Origin: an uncultured Syntrophobacterales bacterium
GTDB taxonomy: Bacteria; Desulfobacterota; BSN033; WVXP01; G020346125
NCBI GenBank assembly: GCA_964346945.1
Contig: CAYFXL010000002.1
Coordinates: 1 to 58,136, forward strand
Length of the DNA stretch: 58,136 nt
Direction: 5' to 3'
The translations under genes and the position numbers were made by a program. The notes under the pieces are model-generated. The model had not been told where the DNA came from. It ran no database searches and was given only the letters and a program-made list of their open reading frames with translations. Shown piece by piece: positions 45,899 through 54,926 of the stretch; within the stretch, counting starts at the first letter, position 1, and every line of letters starts with the position of its first letter.

Positions 45899-47434
45899 TC
45901 AGTAGATTCGTTCGGTCTTATCGATAAGCCGCCCTCTCAAGTCGTCGAACGTGTTTCCCATAGTATCCCTGATTTTGTTTACCGGCGGTATAAATTCTTC
46001 ATCCCCGGGGATAAAGGCTTCTCTTATTTTCCGCAATGTCCTCTTGAAAAAAGTCTCCTCCGCAAAGAGATTAGCGGCATGTTCTTTCATTGTTCCGTAA
46101 ACAACTCTTCTTAATTCCTTATGCTTCACACCTCCTGTTATCAGCCTATTATCATGGGATTGCATCCACCTTTCTATACTGCATCTCTGGAATTCCTTAA
46201 ACATTTTCGTGAATTCTGCGGAAGAGCTCCACGTTTCCCTGATCTGTTTGCCCAAAAGCTGGAAGGTTGCGGAGATGATGTCCGTTGACATTTTCTCTAC
46301 TCCTTTGAGAACCTCTCTCGGTGGCTTGCCTTCGGCCAGTGCTTGGTCCATGTTTATGCCGAGGTCAACTTGCAGAAAGCGTTCCTCAGGGAGCATTGTT
46401 TCACCTTTTTCATCTTTTCCAAACAGCTGCAAGAGGGTTGTTGTCTCAACCCCGTATTTTTTTGCTATTTTGAGGGACCAAAATAAGTTTCTTTCAATCC
46501 CTATTTCCCCGGAGAGGGGATAGATTACGGGTTTTTTTAGTGAAACCAAGCCCTTATACACAAGCATATTTATCAGGGGTACACCCAGGGAGGCATTCAC
46601 CCTGCCGCCGAGCTTTCTCCTTTCCCCTTCCATGTGGTATCGTTTGAAAGCCGCCTTACTAAATAAAATGGGCGAGCCCTTGTAAACGAGCGGGGAGCCG
46701 AGGAGAAACGGGTCCCTATAGTTTACCTCCTTATTCTCTGCATCCATGTAGACCAAAACAGTACCTTCTTTTGATACCCTGACCTCTGTAGGATCTGACG
46801 ATGCGAGAGAGCTTATGGCCATGTTTATCCCTTTGCCGAGAATTGGCCTGCCCTTTTCCCTCTTGCTTATCTTCAAATGGTCTCTGAGATATTCATACCC
46901 TAACTTACTTATCTCGTTATCAAAATGGAGATAGCATATCTGGGGGATATCAGCCTTTCCTAACATATTGGCAAGCACGTCTTTCACGGTGTAGAGTAGG
47001 CCTCTATTGGTCCGTGCAATATCTAGATCTGACTGGTCGCTCACGATGATCTTCTTGACGCGGAAGTGTTCGGAATCAATTCCAAGAAATAGTTCCTTCA
47101 GAATATTGGCCATGGCCAGTTGGATTACCGTTGAACGAAGCGCCTCTGGATCCTCATTTCTGTCAAGTATTATGATTACAAGCTGTTTGTCCTGAGGTGG
47201 ATAGTTCCTTTCTTCTAGGTATTGTTTCGCATACTCTAGGGAAGGGATATCCACTTTGTAATTGAAAAGATTTTCTTTGGTATATTCCAGAATATCCATA
47301 TCCCATGAACCGTGAAGAAATAGGTTAACTCGTTCGCCACCAGTTGGACGAAAAGAGCTTTTACCCCAGGAGGTGTCTTCCCTGAGGTCTTCAGTAATGT
47401 TGTCACGTGAAGCAGGTTTTCCCTTGTAATCCAA
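45899..47434 (-). CDS. Glycosyl-3-phosphoglycerate synthase-like retaining GT-A enzyme (GpgS/MpgS-like) with terminal extensions
   Basis: GKGINMAISSL, VYMDAENKEV and YPLSGEIGIERNLFWSLKIAKKYGVETTTLLQL resemble the GKG..M, DxD-position and PL.GE...YGVE motifs of GT81/GT55 enzymes. Divergently paired with an MPGP-family phosphatase. The TTG start is uncertain. Confidence 0.45.
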   Translation of the reverse strand: MDYKGKPASRDNITEDLREDTSWGKSSFRPTGGERVNLFLHGSWDMDILEYTKENLFNYKVDIPSLEYAKQYLEERNYPPQDKQLVIIILDRNEDPEALRSTVIQLAMANILKELFLGIDSEHFRVKKIIVSDQSDLDIARTNRGLLYTVKDVLANMLGKADIPQICYLHFDNEISKLGYEYLRDHLKISKREKGRPILGKGINMAISSLASSDPTEVRVSKEGTVLVYMDAENKEVNYRDPFLLGSPLVYKGSPILFSKAAFKRYHMEGERRKLGGRVNASLGVPLINMLVYKGLVSLKKPVIYPLSGEIGIERNLFWSLKIAKKYGVETTTLLQLFGKDEKGETMLPEERFLQVDLGINMDQALAEGKPPREVLKGVEKMSTDIISATFQLLGKQIRETWSSSAEFTKMFKEFQRCSIERWMQSHDNRLITGGVKHKELRRVVYGTMKEHAANLFAEETFFKRTLRKIREAFIPGDEEFIPPVNKIRDTMGNTFDDLRGRLIDKTERIY

Positions 47435-47514
47435 GCCACTCCACGTTACGATTCAGAGTATAGACTGTAAGTCCCGAGTGAGTCAAGACGAATACCCAGG
47501 GGGGGAAGGCTCTG

Positions 47515-48342
47515 ATGGTATCTCAACCGGTAATCTTCACCGATCTCGATGGCACCCTTCTGGACCATGACACCTATTCCTTCACGGCGGCCCTGCCTGC
47601 ACTAGAGCTTGTGAAGCTGAAGCGGATACCCCTGGTGTTTTGTTCCAGCAAAACCCGGGCAGAAATCGGATGCTTGAGGGAAAGGCTCGGAAATCTCCAC
47701 CCCTTTATCTCGGAAAATGGCGGAGGTATCTTTGTCCCCGTTTCATACTTTTCTGAGGACGATATACGAGCCGCATGGCCGAAGGCGGAAATAATCGGTG
47801 GATATTGGGTCTTTGTCCTAGGAACCCCATATCAGGTTTTGCGGGGAGTGCTAAAAAAGCTTAGAAGCAATGGTTTTGAAATCAAAGGGTTCGGGGATAT
47901 GAGTGGCCTAGAGGTAGCAGAGATCACCGGGTTGGATAGAAAGGAGGCGGAGTTGGCCAAGAGGCGCGAATTTGATGAGCCCTTTATTTTCCAAGGAGAT
48001 GAGGGAAAACTCGCGAGACTTCTGGCTTCAATACAGGAGAAAGGTCTTCTCCATGCCCAAGCAAGGGTTCACCACTTAATGGGCGATCATGATAAGGGCA
48101 AGGCTGTCGAGGTGCTCACAAGGCTTTACCAAAGGAAGTTACCTGAGATTGTCACCATTGCCTTGGGTGACAGCCCTGCGGACTTCCCCATGTTAGAACG
48201 GGTCGATTATCCCATTATTGTGAGAAATTACAGGGGAGAGCATGATCGAAGGATAGTGTTACCAAATCTCATAAGGGCTGACGGTATTGGCCCTGAAGGA
48301 TGGAACAAAGCCGTGCTCGAGTTCATCCGAAAGGGGTTTTGA
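47515..48342 (+). CDS. HAD-IIB phosphatase of the mannosyl-/glucosyl-3-phosphoglycerate phosphatase (MPGP/YedP) family
   Basis: VIFTDLDGTLLDHDTYSF...IPLVFCSSKTRAEI...ISENGGGIF...LGDSPADFPML closely follows the YedP/MpgP pattern. Confidence 0.8.
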   Translation: MVSQPVIFTDLDGTLLDHDTYSFTAALPALELVKLKRIPLVFCSSKTRAEIGCLRERLGNLHPFISENGGGIFVPVSYFSEDDIRAAWPKAEIIGGYWVFVLGTPYQVLRGVLKKLRSNGFEIKGFGDMSGLEVAEITGLDRKEAELAKRREFDEPFIFQGDEGKLARLLASIQEKGLLHAQARVHHLMGDHDKGKAVEVLTRLYQRKLPEIVTIALGDSPADFPMLERVDYPIIVRNYRGEHDRRIVLPNLIRADGIGPEGWNKAVLEFIRKGF

Positions 48343-48709
48343 AGCCTCCCAAAGTTTCATATTGGCCAGAGAGCCTTCTTCTTGAAAATCAAAGCTAGAC
48401 TTATCGGCCCCGATGTTCTTGTTCGACAGCCATTTTGATTGTCACATTGTCAGGATTTTCAGATCGGAAAAGTATTGAGAAATCGTTTGACGTTTTTAGA
48501 TTCAACTAACTGAAATTCAATGTTTTATCATCCATTAAATTCTGACAAAAGACGATGAACCGTCTCCCCATTGTAACGCACTTTTGAGTTCACGATATTG
48601 TGGACAGCCTGTTTCTCCCCGTGGTCCCATATCAACCTATACCCCTCATGTGGAGTTCAAGGTCAAAGAGAAACCATGACCAGGGGTTCAAATAGATCGG
48701 CCAAGGGAG

Positions 48710-50431
48710 TTAGATCTCGTGCCTCTCTAGGTAGGCATTTTTTAAATACTGGAACATCATCCGCTGGGCATTGAAATAAGATCCGTTTAGGGCAATGGCC
48801 GAGCGCATGACTTCGGCATACTCGCGAGGGTGCTGGTAGAACATCGGGAGGATCACTGATTCCAATTTGTTGTAGAGGGAGGCGATCTCTGCCGAGGGAT
48901 TGCTCTCGGCTTCCCAACTCTCACCTATCGACCACCCCGTCACCCCCTCCACATGACCCTCAATCCACCATCCGTCCAATACACTCAGGCTCGGCACCCC
49001 ATTGAGGGCTGCCTTCATTCCGCTGGTTCCAGAGGCCTCGTGGGGCTTCTGCGGTGTATTGAGCCAGAGATCCACGCCTGCGCAGATAGATTTCGCTAAT
49101 GCCATGTCATACTCTTCCAGGTACAAAATGCGGATAGCATCCTTTAAGCCATCAATTGTTTCAAATATGCGTCGAATCACGGTCTTGCCGCTTTCATCCC
49201 TAGGATGTGCCTTCCCCCCATAGATGATCTGGATGCGGCCGACCTGGTGCGCAATCTTCCTCAGGCGATCCAGATCGGAAAAGAGCAGGCCTGCCCGTTT
49301 ATACGCGGTGGCCCGTCGACCAAAGCCGAGAGTCATAGCCGATGGGTCCAGGTATACGCCGGTTCGCCGTTCCACCTCCCTGAGGAGTTCTTTTTTGGCC
49401 TCAGCGTGTGCGTCGATGATTTCGTCAAGGGGGATGCTTATGGCATACCGCAAGTAGAGATTATCGAATCGCCATTCTGCTATGTGACGGTCGTAGAGGC
49501 GCTGGAAAGGTAATGAGGTCCACGTGATGGCATGAACGCCATTGGTGATGGAGTTGATCGGATAATTGGGAAACATGCCCTGAGAGATCTCCTCGTGACG
49601 ATGGGAAACCCCATTGACATAACGCGAAAAGAAGAGGGCCAGGTAGGTCATGTTCAGGGTGGTATCCAAACAGCACTGAGCCGATCTCAAGAACTTCGTC
49701 TGTTCTTCACCAAGCATGCGCCGCACTAAGTCGAAGGAAAATTGGTCATGACCTGCCGGTACCGGGGTGTGGGTTGTGAACACGCACTTATTACGCACTG
49801 CATCGATGTCCCCCTCCGTTACATTACACAGGCTACCGTTTCTCGTCTGTTCTTCCAACAGGGCCAGGGCAAGGAGGGCGGAATGCCCCTCGTTCATATG
49901 GTAGGCTTTCACATTTCTATGACCCAGGGCCTCGAGCATAGCTACACCGCCCAAGCCCAACACGATTTCTTGGCATAGGCGGTATTGTTCATCCCCACCA
50001 TAGAGGGAGTCCGTTAGGGTTTGATGCCGGGGACTGTTTTCGGGCAAAGCTGTATCAAGAAAATACACGGGCACGGCATGCCCCGACACACCGGTGATGA
50101 GCTGGCGCCATGCGCGGACGTGCACCTCACATTCTTCAATGGTCACCGATATGCGAGGCTGCAAGGGTTCCAGTAACTCCTCAGGATTCCAGTCGTAAGG
50201 ACTCTCGGACTGGTTTCCCTGAGTATCCAGATGCTGGAGAAAATACCCTTTGCGATGCAACAGCGTCACGCCAACCATCGGAATGGCCAAATCTGCGGCA
50301 GCTCGCAATGTGTCTCCTGCAAGAACTCCAAGGCCCCCGCTGTATGTAGGCATGGCTGGCGCGAGGCCAACCTCCATGGAAAAATAGGCAACGGTGAAAG
50401 GATCAGTAGAGTTCGTAGAAGTCGTTACCAT
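48710..50431 (-). CDS. glgP: Alpha-glucan phosphorylase (GT35, short maltodextrin-phosphorylase type)
   Basis: VAYFSMEVGL...YSGGLGVLAGD at the N-terminus and EASGTSGMKAALNG for the PLP lysine. ATG 50431 lies 8 nt after GGAGGAGG. The ORF-track start 50518 lies upstream of the SD. Confidence 0.85.
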   Translation of the reverse strand: MVTTSTNSTDPFTVAYFSMEVGLAPAMPTYSGGLGVLAGDTLRAAADLAIPMVGVTLLHRKGYFLQHLDTQGNQSESPYDWNPEELLEPLQPRISVTIEECEVHVRAWRQLITGVSGHAVPVYFLDTALPENSPRHQTLTDSLYGGDEQYRLCQEIVLGLGGVAMLEALGHRNVKAYHMNEGHSALLALALLEEQTRNGSLCNVTEGDIDAVRNKCVFTTHTPVPAGHDQFSFDLVRRMLGEEQTKFLRSAQCCLDTTLNMTYLALFFSRYVNGVSHRHEEISQGMFPNYPINSITNGVHAITWTSLPFQRLYDRHIAEWRFDNLYLRYAISIPLDEIIDAHAEAKKELLREVERRTGVYLDPSAMTLGFGRRATAYKRAGLLFSDLDRLRKIAHQVGRIQIIYGGKAHPRDESGKTVIRRIFETIDGLKDAIRILYLEEYDMALAKSICAGVDLWLNTPQKPHEASGTSGMKAALNGVPSLSVLDGWWIEGHVEGVTGWSIGESWEAESNPSAEIASLYNKLESVILPMFYQHPREYAEVMRSAIALNGSYFNAQRMMFQYLKNAYLERHEI

Positions 50432-50702
50432 CACACATACCTCCTCCGAATTCCCGTGTTCAGCTGACGTTTTTGGACTAACCTGACGATCGAAAAGATC
50501 CCTCTCCAGCCATATCAATAATGGATTTCATAATCCAGGCTGGCAATATATCAAGTATCACGTTCAACCCTTACTGGTGCTGGCTGGCTATTACAGGCGG
50601 AATCTCCTTGAAGTTGACAAAGAAGATGCTAAATGAAGGCAAGAATATGGCCTCGGATCGATGATTTTCAATGATTACTACGAGAGTTACCGCACAAATG
50701 CA

Positions 50703-51245
50703 CTAGGCGGTTGCCGGCCCACCCAAGATAGAGAATAACAATGCGAGGATCAATCCTTGAACGATAGCACCTATCAAGACAACCCCTGAGGCGCGAAAGG
50801 TGCTCTCAAAATCTAGGGCTTGCTTGACGGCAATCACCATTGCAATCAGCATCCAAATCGTGGCGGCGAAAAAAACCAGGCCTGTCAACCCTGGTATCAC
50901 CCCTAATACCCTGATCAGGCCTGGGGAACTAGCAAAGCCGATCGTTCGCAACAATTCGCCAAGATCTGCCTTGGTCCGAGCCTCCGAGAGTAATTTCGTG
51001 CCAATGAAATAGGTGAGATAGGCCCAGACAAACCAACTAATAAGGGCGAATATTGTTCCCAGGAGAATACTCGGTATCACACCGGCGAATCCTCCCCTCG
51101 TAATTGTTCCGAGTCCAGCTGCTACACTGGAGAGAACAACGACCCCCATAGCCTGCCGCATGGCCTCGGTGTCGGCCTCTACCTCTTCGTAGAGGCTGGC
51201 GTCTAGCTTGGCAGCGCGAATCATCCGATCCTTCAGACTACTCAT
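50703..51245 (-). CDS. Yip1-domain membrane protein
   Basis: N-terminus LDASLYEEVEADTEAMRQA followed by 5 TM helices. Confidence 0.6.
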   Translation of the reverse strand: MSSLKDRMIRAAKLDASLYEEVEADTEAMRQAMGVVVLSSVAAGLGTITRGGFAGVIPSILLGTIFALISWFVWAYLTYFIGTKLLSEARTKADLGELLRTIGFASSPGLIRVLGVIPGLTGLVFFAATIWMLIAMVIAVKQALDFESTFRASGVVLIGAIVQGLILALLFSILGGPATA

Positions 51246-51566
51246 GATTCCCTCCCTATGCGTTCTTTAGTTTGCGGTCAGCGTTATCTCAGGAGCACCC
51301 CAATATGCTCCCATATATCTCCTCTCACCCAGGTTTTCAGCCCATTAAAACAAATCCACGGTTGAAGTCAAGCGAATTGTAATGTCTCAAATAACATATG
51401 AAATCCACTTGGTACTCGCAAGTCGAGATGGAACGGATGATTATTTTTTCCCGACAGGAATCCATGTAAGTAGCTTGATTTCCAATAGGTTTCCTTGGTA
51501 AACTGAGCGGTGGTCACTTGGAGCCTTTTGTCTTTTTACCAAGGCACAGGAAAAAGGAGTTAAAAG

Positions 51567-52277
51567 ATGGAGTTTACGCTCATTGTGCTGGTTTTCGGTA
51601 TCCTTTTAGGTGTTGGCGGTGCAGTTGGGATACGGAGACTCTTCAAGAAGAAGAATTCTAAAGCCCCTGTGCAGGAACACCAAATCTATTCCTTCATCGA
51701 AAATATGAAATCCGTCGGTGAACTGGTGGTTTTCAAAGCGTTTACGAAGGAGATTGTAACAGCAGCCAAGCATTGGTTCGGCGACGTGGGCAAGAGATAT
51801 CTTACCTGGCTGGTGTCCAATAAGAAGATGGCCATCGTTTTTGAATTTGAACTGAATTTCTGGTATGACCTCAAGAGCCCGGATTTTACCGTTATAGATG
51901 CTGGAGACCGCACTTTTAGCATAAAGATGCCACAGTGCCTGTACGATATCAGTATAAGGCGCATAAGCCTCTATGACCAACAGAAAGCAAGGCTCTTGCC
52001 CTGGCTTTTGCCGGGGCTTGTCAGCGAGTTTTTCGGAACGAGTTTCAACGAAGACGAACACAATAGGTTAATGGACGAGGCATTGAAGCAGGCGTCAGTG
52101 ATGGCTGATCGGCTCATTAACCGATTGAGCTCAGAGATCGAAAAGTCCGCTCGCCAAAACATGGAAACGTTAGCAAAGAGCTTCGGAGCGAAATCTGTTC
52201 TGTTAGATTTCAGCAAGTCTCAGATGGTAGAAAGGAGTGTAACCGACGTCTCTCCACGGCAGATGGCCGAGGCGTAG
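51567..52277 (+). CDS. DUF4230-like membrane-anchored protein
   Basis: N-terminal TM, then the IENMKSVGELVVFKAFTKEIV pattern. By eye only. Confidence 0.45.
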   Translation: MEFTLIVLVFGILLGVGGAVGIRRLFKKKNSKAPVQEHQIYSFIENMKSVGELVVFKAFTKEIVTAAKHWFGDVGKRYLTWLVSNKKMAIVFEFELNFWYDLKSPDFTVIDAGDRTFSIKMPQCLYDISIRRISLYDQQKARLLPWLLPGLVSEFFGTSFNEDEHNRLMDEALKQASVMADRLINRLSSEIEKSARQNMETLAKSFGAKSVLLDFSKSQMVERSVTDVSPRQMAEA

Positions 52278-52489
52278 CTTCTCAGTTTGGGGTGAATGCA
52301 AAGATCGAGTATTCTCAATTGTTATTTCGAAAAGAACGAACCTCGCCGATTATATCATAATAGACCCAATAGACCTATCTCGATGCCCTACCCTTCCGCA
52401 CGGTTTGTTCGGTCTCTCAGGACGGTGGATGTTCCGATTTGCAAGGCGGTTACCGTGAGGCATTACCCCACAAAACTTTACGTGGTTGC

Positions 52490-53644
52490 TTATAGTTTGG
52501 AGCAGATATGTCTCCAGATCTCTTCGGGCATCTGCTCTCTGCTGATCCGCTGGAGCTCATTGGAGACGGAAAGGATATCGGGCAATTTGATGGCGGATTG
52601 TCCTTGCTGCCGAAGTTCGTTAATCCTATCCGTGAACTCCTTTTGGATTTTGTTGAGGATTGCAGGGGAGTTCTCCTCCCAGACGGATAGGTACCTCATA
52701 AGGAAATGAGCTGCCAGGCCCGCGGCAACCCCTTGGAGAACAGTCGATTGCCAGAGATACGTGTCTTTCCGAGGATAGTAATATACCCAGGTAGGGACGT
52801 TTCCGAGAATGAGCTCAGCCAGGTCCTGGGCCGGCATTGTAAGAAAATCCTCCTGAGCCTTTCTCTTTTGCTGATCCCTGACCTGTTCGTTCCGAACGGG
52901 TTCTGCGTGGTCAAGCATCGTAGGTGGAATCGGGAATAGAATGTGAAACCGAGTCATATAACCCTCTAATTTCTGCCAGGCCTGCTCCGCTGCCTTCCGC
53001 CGCAAGAATGTCAAAAGATTACACTCGACAAGTTCGTGCATAGATTCCTCCTGAGAGCATGCCGCCTCATGGGCAGCCTCCATCTGCATCAAGTCATGGA
53101 GAGAAAGAACATCTTCGGAGGTAAGCCCTGTCTCAAATTCGCGATGATATCGAATAATATCTTCAAAGAGTATTTCCTGCGCCCTGTTGCGATCTTCGAT
53201 GAAGTGGCGGTGTTTCATCTCTTCTAGTGACATCCGGCTTTCTCCATAAGAAGATAGGTCCCGTGTCCTCTGAAGTTTCTCGCGGACCTTCTCCAGGCTG
53301 GACTCTAGTTCCTCATCTATGGAAACGAACTCCTCTGATGCGGCCTTGTCCGGGTCGAGGAGTTTTCCGATGTGATGGCCGAAAAAAGAGAGAGGCCCTT
53401 TCCTGCTCTCTTTTGGCCTGTCCGTTGGCCTCTGGTCAACCCCCATAGGGGCTGCCCCTGCGGAAGAAGGCTTCCCCTTCTCAGAGGAGGATGTAACATA
53501 AATGTGGGGATGGTTATCTATAAGGGTAATTCTCTGTTGAAAGGCGTGCTTTCGCTCCTCTTGCTCCATTTTCTTTTCCCCCCGGTAATACGAAAGAGTC
53601 CTTTTCTCTGTTGAATTTTTGTCATTCCTTACAGTTCTTTCCAT
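52490..53644 (-). CDS. Hypothetical protein (no recognisable domain)
   Basis: Long ORF that is charged and helical, with one hydrophobic segment near the C-terminus. Alternative ATG 53569 has a G-rich SD. Confidence 0.5.
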   Translation of the reverse strand: MERTVRNDKNSTEKRTLSYYRGEKKMEQEERKHAFQQRITLIDNHPHIYVTSSSEKGKPSSAGAAPMGVDQRPTDRPKESRKGPLSFFGHHIGKLLDPDKAASEEFVSIDEELESSLEKVREKLQRTRDLSSYGESRMSLEEMKHRHFIEDRNRAQEILFEDIIRYHREFETGLTSEDVLSLHDLMQMEAAHEAACSQEESMHELVECNLLTFLRRKAAEQAWQKLEGYMTRFHILFPIPPTMLDHAEPVRNEQVRDQQKRKAQEDFLTMPAQDLAELILGNVPTWVYYYPRKDTYLWQSTVLQGVAAGLAAHFLMRYLSVWEENSPAILNKIQKEFTDRINELRQQGQSAIKLPDILSVSNELQRISREQMPEEIWRHICSKL

Positions 53645-53657
53645 CTGATGGTTTGCT

Positions 53658-54434
53658 TCACAAATAGGGTTGAGCCCACCCTAGACTATCCTCAGTTTTT
53701 CCCGAAGGCTTGTATTCACATCCAATCCAGCCGGTATATCCAGCTTCGTCAATGAAGCGAAAGAGATTCGAAAAATGTATTTCGCCAGTTCCGGGTTCGT
53801 GTCTCCCTGGATTGTCCGCGAGTTGCATATGGCCAATAATTCCGAGGTTTTCCCGAATGGTATGGGTAAGATCGCCCTCCATAATTTGCATGTGGTAGAT
53901 GTCGTACTGGTACTGCACGTTTGAATGATTTACTTCCTCGATCAATCGGATCACTTCCGCGGTTCTATTCAGGTAAAATCCGGGCACATCCCGTGTATTC
54001 AGCGCCTCAACGAGGAGGCGGATGTTCTCCCCCGACAAGGCATCAGCGGCAAACCTCAGGTTTTCCACCAAGGTCGGGCGAACTTTACTCTCGGGAATAC
54101 CTGCTGGAATTAATCCTGCCAGGCAATTTACACGAGGACACGCAAGTGCCTTCGCGTACTGAACGGCCAAACCAACACCATCCTGAAATTCACCAACGCG
54201 ATCGGGAAGTGCCGCTATTCCACGCTCCCCCGCTTCCCAATTCCCGGCCGGCATGTTGAAGAGGACTTGCTGAAGGTCATATCGATCCAACTGCTCACCC
54301 AATCGGTCAACCTCCCAGGAATAGGGGAAGAGATACTCGACGGCCTTGAATCCGGCCTTGGCCGCTCCTCCAAACCGTTCAAGAAAATCAACTTCAGTAA
54401 ACAGCATGCTGAGATTTGCGCTCAATTTAGGCAT
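53658..54434 (-). CDS. hyi: Hydroxypyruvate isomerase-family TIM-barrel protein (Hyi/OtnI-like)
   Basis: MPKLSANLSMLFTEVDFLERFGGAAKAGFKAVEYLFPY is the typical N-terminus. Length is 258 aa. Confidence 0.8.
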   Translation of the reverse strand: MPKLSANLSMLFTEVDFLERFGGAAKAGFKAVEYLFPYSWEVDRLGEQLDRYDLQQVLFNMPAGNWEAGERGIAALPDRVGEFQDGVGLAVQYAKALACPRVNCLAGLIPAGIPESKVRPTLVENLRFAADALSGENIRLLVEALNTRDVPGFYLNRTAEVIRLIEEVNHSNVQYQYDIYHMQIMEGDLTHTIRENLGIIGHMQLADNPGRHEPGTGEIHFSNLFRFIDEAGYTGWIGCEYKPSGKTEDSLGWAQPYL

Positions 54435-54926
54435 ATGATTACCCTCCTTCCTGGCGTTGACTGATATTCATTATGGCTTGTTCGAAGTACCCTTCGCATA
54501 GAGAATTATCCATGATTTCGGATAAAATTTCCATCTCAATGGGGAAAAACGTGTTGTCCCGTGTTCTCTTCAGTTAGGTCCAAGGGAAGCGTTTCCTCGT
54601 CATCCGGGGGAGTTTGTCCAGTCTTAAAAAAGGTTTGACTTTCATGCCGGTTGTGGTAAAAGGGAATAGATACGAGAATAAATCCCTATTACGATTTCAA
54701 GAAGTGCATACATCCATGTTCCCAGAGTGCGTCCTGAATGAGAGTTTCCAAAAGGTGCCGATACGCGGCCTCCGAGGCGTGCTTATCTCCTCGGAGGCGC
54801 ATGATTCTTTCACCTGTAATGGAAAGGGGGTGAATCTTTCCAAGAGGAATTGATAGCACATTGGTTTCAGTCTGAAGGCAAAAAAATAAGCATCGATTAT
54901 CGTTATCGATAAGGAGGGCAAAAGTC

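Noticed and set aside
54903-54912. 10-bp palindrome TTATCGATAA overlapping the SD region of the ABC substrate-binding gene.
   Set aside because: Dozens of 10-bp palindromes are expected by chance in a window this size. There is no supporting repeat or regulator gene nearby.
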